Below, one piece after another: positions 56,618 to 64,000 of a stretch of 64,000 nt of DNA. Positions within the stretch are counted from its first letter, which is position 1. Each line of letters starts with the position of its first letter. The DNA comes from an uncultured archaeon (GTDB lineage: Archaea > Asgardarchaeota > Heimdallarchaeia > Heimdallarchaeales > Heimdallarchaeaceae), in NCBI GenBank assembly GCA_964549075.1, contig CAZJUB010000006.1:1-64000 (forward strand). The letters run 5' to 3'. Made by a program: the position numbers and the translations under genes. The notes below the pieces were generated by a model. The model was given only the letters and a program-made list of their open reading frames with translations. It ran no database searches and had not been told where the DNA came from.

Positions 56618-58285
56618 ATGAGAAGAAAAGCATCAGCTTTGATTTTGCTATTCATTCTATTAAATTTTCAATTTATGAATGATATAATTAATTCTTCACC
56701 GGCTTTTAGAGAAAAACTTCAAGGTGATGAACAATATGTTTGGTTTTGGCATGAATTAGCTGATGCTCCTGGTCCAATCAATGGGGAGGATGTTGTATAT
56801 TGGGGAGAGGATCTTGGTCCTTATCATAATTATACAGAGATGACCTCCAAATTATTCCTCTTAAGCTCCTTCTATCCTGAATTAGTTGATGTTTTTTCTA
56901 TAGGACAAACTTATCGAGGTAGAGAGATATGGTGTGTGCGTATTACAAATAAGACTATTACAACTGCAAAAACTGAGTATTATATTGTTGGTGCTCATCA
57001 TGCACGAGAAATGATTTCTGTAGAAACTTGTTTATATTTTATTGACTATCTTGTCTATTATTCTTCTTTTGGCATGTTTGACAATTTATTATCAAAATCA
57101 GAAATTTATGTTGTCCCGATGCTGAATCCAGATGGTTTATCCATAATGTATTTCTTTCCAGAACAAAGGAAGAATCTCGATCCTATAGATGATGACAACG
57201 ATGGTGTGAATGACACTAACGGTGACGGTTTTCTGGATGATGAGCTTGAGAGAACCTATTATTGGGACTATCTAACCAATACTTCAGCGATAAGAGAACA
57301 TGATGATGATGGAGATCTGCAAATTGCAGAAGATCTTCCTGGAGGTGTTGACCTTAATCGTAATTATGGCGCTTACTGGAATGGTACAGGTTCTTCAACA
57401 ATCAAAATCGATCCTACTTATAGAGGAGAATCACCTTTTAGTGAGTTAGAAACTCAAGCTATGAGAGAATTTATGCGAGAACATTCTTTCAATTTTGCGG
57501 TGAGTCTTCATAGTGGGATTAAAGCGATTATCCCTCCATGGGCTCATAATGGAACCTTGCCTTATAAAGATAAAACTGAGTATAATGCTCTTTTAGGGGA
57601 GCTCAAAACAACTCTTTCTTACCCTCTTTGGAATGAGTCAGGTATGTATACTTCTAATGGCGCGTGGGACGATTATTGTTATGCAAACCATGATATTACT
57701 AGTTTTACGTTTGAAGTTTATGGATCCACTTGGACTGGCTCTTGGTTTGACTATTATAATCCTGCTGGATCAGGAATACTTTCTGTATGCGAACAAGTCT
57801 ATGATGGTCTTATCTACATGGCTAATGAACCCAGGTTAACTTATTCTAACAATTTACCAAGTATAGAAGTTTCTAATCCTTCAAGAGTTAATCAAGTTTT
57901 TGAAAATTACACTATTAGATGGACTATGTCAGATGCTGATGATGATTCTCTTAATTGCTCAGTTTTTGCTTCAACAAATGGATTGAATTGGGATGTTATT
58001 GCGACTAACATTATTGATGAGTCTTCATATTTCTGGGATGTGCAAGATGTTTCACCAGGTTCTTATTATATCAAAGTAGCTGTTTCTGATGGTAAGGATT
58101 GGATAGCTGATACAAATGAAATCAAACTAAATGTCAATCAAGAAGTAGAAAGTTCTAGATTTGCTTTCTGGATTTTAGCTTCTATTTTTGGAGGTCTAGC
58201 AGCAATTTATCTGTTTTTCAATATTCGAAAATCAAAGGGAATAAGTAAAGTCTGGGGACCAGAACCTTATGATGAAAAGGAATAA
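56618..58285 (+). CDS. Secreted, membrane-anchored M14 zinc carboxypeptidase
   Basis: Signal peptide, HARE, NPDG, GVDLNRN, SLHS, FE; DxDxDG insert; Ig-like domain and C-terminal TM. Start placed at MRRK (56618). Confidence 0.9.
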   Translation: MRRKASALILLFILLNFQFMNDIINSSPAFREKLQGDEQYVWFWHELADAPGPINGEDVVYWGEDLGPYHNYTEMTSKLFLLSSFYPELVDVFSIGQTYRGREIWCVRITNKTITTAKTEYYIVGAHHAREMISVETCLYFIDYLVYYSSFGMFDNLLSKSEIYVVPMLNPDGLSIMYFFPEQRKNLDPIDDDNDGVNDTNGDGFLDDELERTYYWDYLTNTSAIREHDDDGDLQIAEDLPGGVDLNRNYGAYWNGTGSSTIKIDPTYRGESPFSELETQAMREFMREHSFNFAVSLHSGIKAIIPPWAHNGTLPYKDKTEYNALLGELKTTLSYPLWNESGMYTSNGAWDDYCYANHDITSFTFEVYGSTWTGSWFDYYNPAGSGILSVCEQVYDGLIYMANEPRLTYSNNLPSIEVSNPSRVNQVFENYTIRWTMSDADDDSLNCSVFASTNGLNWDVIATNIIDESSYFWDVQDVSPGSYYIKVAVSDGKDWIADTNEIKLNVNQEVESSRFAFWILASIFGGLAAIYLFFNIRKSKGISKVWGPEPYDEKE

Positions 58286-58386
58286 AATGAATTAGACTCA
58301 GAAAGATTACCTGAACAACAACTGTAACAAGTTTTTTAAAACAAAGAAGGTTATATAATTATTAGGAATGGTACGGGGGTACGATT

Positions 58387-59535
58387 GTGATAGACCCAGT
58401 TTATGTTATACTAAAGTATGTTGTTGCAGGTGCATTGTTTGTAGGCGGCTTTAGTGCTATTTACTGGGGGAGAAAAAGGCAAAATCCATTCTATTTATTT
58501 TGGTCGTTGTTTCTGATTGCATATGGTATTTTTCAAATCGTTGACGGATTAAATTACCATTTTGGAGTAATAGACAAATTTTACGGTAATTCATCGAGTA
58601 CTGTTGTGCCAACAGATTTTCTTCTATTTAGAATACTTATGGTAACTCAAGCTATAGCTTTCATATTGTTGTTTGCTGCGAGTCTGGAGCAATCAATGCT
58701 TGTTCCTCCTAGAGCTAGCAGGATAGTTGCTGCAAGTTTGACTGTTCTTGTATTGTATTTTGTTGTTATCCCTCTTGATGATACTGTCTTAATGTTCGGT
58801 TCTTTAGAAATTCAGATTTATAGTGTTCTTACAACCGAATTTTATGGTTTTATCTTTGGTTTTATAGTGCTTTGTAGTGCTTTATTACTGATTGTTGTAG
58901 TCGTACGATATGCTAAAATGTATATTGCATCAAACAATAGACGTATCTTCTGGAAAATGATTATCACTATCTTATTAGCAATATTGTTGATTGGGTTAGC
59001 ATTCTTAACAACAGTAAAACGCAAAGTTAGTGCGAATGGAATGAATCCGGAATCTTTTGCAATATTTGAAATTGTTTACTCCTTTGTAGTTGTATCAGTT
59101 GTTTCTATCTACCAAAGCCAATCTGTATCTCATGGTATTGAGACAATCTTAATAGTTGATAAAGAAGGAAATCCGCTTTTAGGATATTCACCATTTAAAA
59201 AGAAAGTAATTTCCTTTGAAGAAAAAATCATAGCTGCTTCAGGATATTTGGCTGGTTTATTTCATTTTATTCATGATTATGTTGCTACTGCCTCAGATGA
59301 AGAATTTAAAGAAATAAAAACTACAGCTTCAACTTTATCGTTTTATTCTGGTGAAAAGGTTTTTATGATACTACAGTCGAAAATTTCAGGCAATTTAGTG
59401 GATAAAAGCACAAAACTTTCTATTTCGGAAATTGACAACATATTAACAGATTTTCAAGCAAATAAGATGCCATCCGAAGATCAAATTCAACAAATTATTG
59501 AGATTCTGAACAAAAACTTCTATCTCATTTCATGA
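58387..59535 (+). CDS. 7-TM membrane protein fused to a C-terminal longin/roadblock-like domain
   Basis: Seven hydrophobic helices (aa ~5-242), then I..ILIVDK.G.PL...SG.L.GL..F......EIK....L.F......IL. Confidence 0.62.
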   Translation: MIDPVYVILKYVVAGALFVGGFSAIYWGRKRQNPFYLFWSLFLIAYGIFQIVDGLNYHFGVIDKFYGNSSSTVVPTDFLLFRILMVTQAIAFILLFAASLEQSMLVPPRASRIVAASLTVLVLYFVVIPLDDTVLMFGSLEIQIYSVLTTEFYGFIFGFIVLCSALLLIVVVVRYAKMYIASNNRRIFWKMIITILLAILLIGLAFLTTVKRKVSANGMNPESFAIFEIVYSFVVVSVVSIYQSQSVSHGIETILIVDKEGNPLLGYSPFKKKVISFEEKIIAASGYLAGLFHFIHDYVATASDEEFKEIKTTASTLSFYSGEKVFMILQSKISGNLVDKSTKLSISEIDNILTDFQANKMPSEDQIQQIIEILNKNFYLIS

Positions 59536-59575
59536 ATTCACTAAACTTATATCTTAGAACGATTTTATCAATATA

Positions 59576-60892
59576 ATGGCTGATATTGTTTTTGTTGTTG
59601 GAACAAGACCTGAAATCATCAAAATTGCTCCTTTGATTTTCGAAGCTGAAAGACGAGAGATCAATTATACTATTATCCATACAGGACAACATTATGATTA
59701 TAATATGTCTGAACAGTTTTTTACTTCTCTCGGAATAAGAAAACCTGACTTAAATCTTAATATCAAAGAAGATGAAGCTTATGATGTCTTAGGTGAAATG
59801 ATAAAGAAACTTGGGGCAGCAATCTCTAAAATTAATCCTTCAATTGTTCTTGCATTAGGAGATACAGTTAGTGTTTTAGCTACTTGTCTCGCTTGTGTAC
59901 AAAAAGAAATACCTTTTGGCCATCTTGAAGCGGGTCTTAGGTCATATGACTTAACAATGCCAGAAGAGAGAAATAGAAGAATAATAGATAGTATTTCGAG
60001 TTTATATTTCGCTCCATCTGAAAGAGCAGTTACTAATCTCTATTATGAAGGAATTGATCCCGAGAGAATTTTCTTTACTGGTAATACTATAGTTGATGCA
60101 ATCAGGATTTTTAAAGACAGGCTGTCTATTGAAAATACTGAACAAGCAGATGAAATTCTTTCTGAAATTACTAGCAAATTCATTGTTTGTACATTTCATC
60201 GTATTTCAAATGTAGAAAACAAGAATAATCTTGAAGAAATAGTTTCTTTTTTAGCTAATTATAGCGAAATTCCAATAATCTTTCTTATTCATCCTAGAAC
60301 AAAAAAGAAGATTATAGAAATTGGAAAATATGACTTTCTAGAAAAAAATTCTAATCTTCACATTTATGAATCTATTAACTATTTTTCTATTTTAAGAATT
60401 CTAAGTAATGAACGTTGTTTGATGATATTAACTGATTCTGGAGGTTTACAAGAGGAGGCAGCTATTCTTCATAAACCTTGTATAACTCTTCGTCCTAACA
60501 CTGAAAGACCTGAAACTGTTTTATATCAAATTAATACCTTAATTCAACCAGAAGGAAAGAGTATCCTCAAGGGAATACAAAGAATATTATCTGAAGACTT
60601 TGAAAATCGATTTAATCAATTTGGAGAACCTTATGGAAAAGGATACGCAAGTAAAAAAATATTGGAAGTTTTAGACACACATAAACATAAGTTACTGTTT
60701 GACATTCCAATAAATCTTAAACAAGGATCTAAATCTTATCATTTACTTGAGCTAGGATCATCTATGAAGAAGACAGAAATAGAAGATCAATTTTTAAGCA
60801 AGATTACAGCTGTTTATGATGATTATGGTAATCCTGAAGTAGTTCAAGAAAAAATGAAAAAAGGAAATAGGGTTAGGATTTTGAAAGATTAA
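59576..60892 (+). CDS. wecB: UDP-N-acetylglucosamine 2-epimerase (non-hydrolysing)
   Basis: GTRPEIIK, HTGQHYD, GDT, HLEAGLRS, PEE.NR, TDSGG.QEEA, TERPE motifs. Confidence 0.95.
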   Translation: MADIVFVVGTRPEIIKIAPLIFEAERREINYTIIHTGQHYDYNMSEQFFTSLGIRKPDLNLNIKEDEAYDVLGEMIKKLGAAISKINPSIVLALGDTVSVLATCLACVQKEIPFGHLEAGLRSYDLTMPEERNRRIIDSISSLYFAPSERAVTNLYYEGIDPERIFFTGNTIVDAIRIFKDRLSIENTEQADEILSEITSKFIVCTFHRISNVENKNNLEEIVSFLANYSEIPIIFLIHPRTKKKIIEIGKYDFLEKNSNLHIYESINYFSILRILSNERCLMILTDSGGLQEEAAILHKPCITLRPNTERPETVLYQINTLIQPEGKSILKGIQRILSEDFENRFNQFGEPYGKGYASKKILEVLDTHKHKLLFDIPINLKQGSKSYHLLELGSSMKKTEIEDQFLSKITAVYDDYGNPEVVQEKMKKGNRVRILKD

Positions 60893-60898
60893 GCAATC

Positions 60899-61897
60899 CT
60901 ACCAATCAATTACATCTAAAGCGTGTAGTAAAACTCTTATTGCAGCAAATGTCGCTAAGGACCAAAATCCAATTAGAATAACATCAGATTTAATTTTATG
61001 AAGGAATCGAGGAACAATATTAGCCATAATAACAGTACCAGCTGCCATTAAAATCACTATATCCCATTGAATTGAAACAGCACCTGCACCAAACATTGGC
61101 AACGATCGAGTTAGAACTGCAAAAGGAGTCGCAAATAAAATTGTAAACGTAGATGTTGCAACTGCAATTGCGGCTGGTACACCCATAGCCATAGTTAAAA
61201 TTGGTACATAAATTACTCCTCCACCTAATCCAAGAGTAGCTCCAATAAAACCTCCAATAATTGCTATGAATATTCCTGGAATCAATTTAGCTTTATACTT
61301 AAATCCAACATCTCTTTTATCTTTAAAATCTCTATAGAGAACAGTTCTTTTCCATGCTGGTCTAGCCTCTTGTTCTTCATCACACTCAATGTTCATACAA
61401 TCTTCTTCTTTATTTTCAAGATTCCCAGTCCGTTTTTTTACCCAACCCATTGCAATCGTCGTCATTTTATAGAGTGCAATTGCAATCATTGTAGCGCCAA
61501 AAATTATTTGAAAAATATCCTTATTCACATTTTGTGTAACTAACCATTTTGAAAATATTCCTCCAGATAATGCACCTGGAATTGCAAAAATCATGAATCT
61601 TATTGCAACTTGGTAATCTATTCGCTTCTCTCGTATATATGAAATAGAACCACTTAGAGCAGTGAAAACTATAACACCTAAAGATGTTGCACTAGCAGTA
61701 CTTCCTAATAAACTTGGATTCGCATCTACAGCTTCTTGTCCTCCTACCTTATCGATCAACAAACCCTCAAATGCTATTAATAAGATTGGTACATTCAACA
61801 ATCCACCTCCAATACCAAAAGTTGGAGAGACTGCTCCGGAAAGTAAACCTGCGGCAAATAAAGCTAAATAATGCCACCATACAAAATACTCAAACAT
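60899..61897 (-). CDS. TauE/SafE (TSUP) sulfite/anion exporter
   Basis: Two G.GGG...VP.L repeats and A.ATS motifs; multi-TM. Confidence 0.9.
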   Translation of the reverse strand: MFEYFVWWHYLALFAAGLLSGAVSPTFGIGGGLLNVPILLIAFEGLLIDKVGGQEAVDANPSLLGSTASATSLGVIVFTALSGSISYIREKRIDYQVAIRFMIFAIPGALSGGIFSKWLVTQNVNKDIFQIIFGATMIAIALYKMTTIAMGWVKKRTGNLENKEEDCMNIECDEEQEARPAWKRTVLYRDFKDKRDVGFKYKAKLIPGIFIAIIGGFIGATLGLGGGVIYVPILTMAMGVPAAIAVATSTFTILFATPFAVLTRSLPMFGAGAVSIQWDIVILMAAGTVIMANIVPRFLHKIKSDVILIGFWSLATFAAIRVLLHALDVIDW

Positions 61898-62016
61898 ATA
61901 ATCATCTAGTTTTCTTTAACACATTTTAATTCGGTTATTTAAAACTTTAATGTAAGAACAAACAATTTCACAACAAAGGAGAAATTGTTTTAAACATCCA
62001 TTTTAAACAAACTATA

Positions 62017-62874
62017 ATGAATACGGAAAAAGAGGAGTCAATAGCAGAACATTTTCTTTCACTTATAGACAAAAAATCTATATGGGAATTAGAGATTATA
62101 TCCTCTATTCTAAACATTCATCCAGAAGATTTAGCTGAATTTGTACAACAATTTCCTATGGCATATGGATTGTCGATTCAGGGAAAAAGATTGTATGTCA
62201 CTCATGAATTAGTCATTGATGTTTTGGATGAGGTGAAACAGAGGTTTATTGATTGGTACCAAAGTTTTGCACCTCGAGAATATTCACAAGCTAAAAGAGC
62301 AGAAGAAATTAAAAAAGAATATTTTATTGAAGATAAACCTGAGAGAATCTCCCCAAAGATAAAAATAAGTATTTATGGTAACAACTACGTTATTGAGGAT
62401 GTTCTTAACAAGTACCTAGTAAGAGAAGGATTATTCCCTTCTTTCCAATTTACAGGAGGTTACGAACCCTTTGATTTCCAAAAAACTATCGGAAATGAGA
62501 TATATAATTGTCAGTTTTTAATAATTGATTATAGAAGAGATTTGCTATCTCTTGCTCCACTGTTATTTGAAATGCCAGAAGCGTTTGTATTCATTTTTGA
62601 TCCTCTAGACAAACTTCAGATTGATAGACTTGTTAAAATGATTCAAACTCTCATTTCAAAAAGGAAGAAAGAAATCCTTGTATCATTTCTTGCAATAGTA
62701 GATACCGATATTCAAACTTCAGAATTAGATGAAATTTCAAGTACTTTATCTCAATTGGTTGAATATATGGAAGAACTTCCTATTTTCAAGGTTTCCTTTG
62801 CTATCTTATCTTCAGATTCACAAACTGAAAGGAAAATGAATGATCTAATTCAAACAGCTAAGATGACTTTTTAG
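62017..62874 (+). CDS. Hypothetical protein: N-terminal winged-helix-like domain + degenerate Rab-like pseudo-GTPase domain
   Basis: KIKISIYG...LNKY...GYEPF...KTIG.....CQF...D...LSLAPL.F....AFVFIFD follows the Rab sequence order but lacks GKT, DxxG and NKxD. Confidence 0.5.
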   Translation: MNTEKEESIAEHFLSLIDKKSIWELEIISSILNIHPEDLAEFVQQFPMAYGLSIQGKRLYVTHELVIDVLDEVKQRFIDWYQSFAPREYSQAKRAEEIKKEYFIEDKPERISPKIKISIYGNNYVIEDVLNKYLVREGLFPSFQFTGGYEPFDFQKTIGNEIYNCQFLIIDYRRDLLSLAPLLFEMPEAFVFIFDPLDKLQIDRLVKMIQTLISKRKKEILVSFLAIVDTDIQTSELDEISSTLSQLVEYMEELPIFKVSFAILSSDSQTERKMNDLIQTAKMTF

Positions 62875-63586
62875 TTTTCTTCACTGAGCTTTGATTTTTT
62901 TTCTCTTGTGCTTCTTTTAACACTTCTTCTAATGCTTCTGATAATTTTGGATAAGTCCTGAAAGAACTATACAAAGGATAATAACCTGCACCTAATCCTA
63001 TGATTGATAAAGCTATAGTAGCTATCCCTAGGTAAATAAAAACTGTGCCTATAACACTTGAAATAAATCCCCCAACTGTCAGAAAAATGATCCCAAGTGA
63101 TTGAACTAAATATGAAATAAGAATGAAAATATTAGGATATTTTGATATGATTTTCCTGAAGTAATGTTCTTTAAGATCCTTTCTGAACAAATAAAATCCT
63201 AAAGCGATTAATGGTTCTGTTATAATTAGAAGAATAATTCCAATAATTGTAAATATAAACACAACTACACCTTGTTCTTGAAATACTTCAGAAACCATCA
63301 TAATGACTGTAGAAATAAGCAAGGAAACTATTCCTGCAACTATGAAAATGACTGCTTTTTTCGAATGTTTCCAATCAACAATAGGATCATAAGTTAGGTT
63401 ATAAATTCCCCAACATAATCCAAGATAACCTAACAGAATTGGAATTAGTAGAATGTGCTGAGGTATCCATCCAGGTAACAATAAATCGATAAAACCTCTC
63501 GTTAAAACAGCAAGCAAAATATAAAATATATAAATCATAATTAAGCTGTTTGTTATCATTTTGGAATATTGCTGACGATTAAACAC
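62858..63586 (-). CDS. Hypothetical 6-TM membrane protein
   Basis: Six hydrophobic helices; GGTGA RBS 4 nt before GTG. Confidence 0.7.
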   Translation of the reverse strand: MFNRQQYSKMITNSLIMIYIFYILLAVLTRGFIDLLLPGWIPQHILLIPILLGYLGLCWGIYNLTYDPIVDWKHSKKAVIFIVAGIVSLLISTVIMMVSEVFQEQGVVVFIFTIIGIILLIITEPLIALGFYLFRKDLKEHYFRKIISKYPNIFILISYLVQSLGIIFLTVGGFISSVIGTVFIYLGIATIALSIIGLGAGYYPLYSSFRTYPKLSEALEEVLKEAQEKKNQSSVKKTKKSS

Positions 63587-64000
63587 TTATTCACCTTCAT
63601 TAAATTCATCGAGTTCTTGATGATAACTCCAGTTTTGCAAAAGCTTCATGGTTGAAGCTAATCCAAAGAATCCTAAAATGATAAGAAAAGATGCAAATAA
63701 ATAATCATAAAGAGCAAGATTTTCTAGCCAAATCTGAGAACTTGAAACGCCTATATAACCTCCATACCATCCAATTATTTGTGAAATAATGTTTACAAGA
63801 AAACCTAGTGCAAGAAAATATTGTCCTTTCCTTTCAATATAGTCATTTTTAGCTAGTTTATCAATGTCAAATTTAAGAAATAGAAAACCTATTACGAGAG
63901 TTAGAACATAAATAATTAATAATGTGAGATTAAGATAAGCTAACGGGTAAGAAGACCATTCTCCTTTAAAGGAACTCCAAGAAAATATAATATTTATAAT
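63587..64000 (-). CDS. Membrane protein, C-terminal part (5'-truncated), probable paralog of the downstream gene
   Basis: Not in the ORF track. Minus frame is open from 64000 to TAA at 63587 (…LTLVIGFLFLKFDIDKLAKNDYIERKGQYFLALGFLVNII…), resembling LIALGFYLFRKDLKEHYFRKII…ILISYLVQSL of the next gene. Confidence 0.7.
   Translation of the reverse strand: MINIIFSWSSFKGEWSSYPLAYLNLTLLIIYVLTLVIGFLFLKFDIDKLAKNDYIERKGQYFLALGFLVNIISQIIGWYGGYIGVSSSQIWLENLALYDYLFASFLIILGFFGLASTMKLLQNWSYHQELDEFNEGE

Overview
AT-rich, very densely packed archaeal chromosome segment. An Asgard-type profilin, a Rab-like GTPase, longin/DENN-like and PCI-domain proteins, an A/V-type ATPase, an archaeal ATP-dependent ligase, GGTGA ribosome-binding sites and BRE-TATA promoters together point to an Asgard archaeon, probably Heimdallarchaeia (inference). 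Housekeeping and metabolic genes: AOR fragment, MFS transporter, TldD/PmbA, RidA, agmatinase-like hydrolase, DNA ligase, a complete but split and inverted A-type ATP synthase gene set, acyl-CoA ligase, a MenC/NSAR plus GNAT pair, a Ni/Co ECF transporter, a TusA-SQR-DsrE sulfur-relay cluster, an M14 peptidase, WecB and TauE. Most unusual items: (1) a CdvA-like protein with three split PRC barrels, divergent from profilin; (2) a cytoplasmic IFT52/GIFT-like protein divergent from a MinD operon; (3) an ATP synthase locus where subunits C and H overlap head-to-head and a USP gene sits inside the operon; (4) a CofD-like + solenoid + PCI + repeat + C2H2 fusion; (5) a scattered small-GTPase toolkit (atypical Rab, DENN-like protein, two pseudo-GTPase fusions, a 7TM-longin receptor). 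No rRNA, tRNA, CRISPR array, transposase or integrase was recognised. All domain calls come from reading motifs by eye; no database searches were run.
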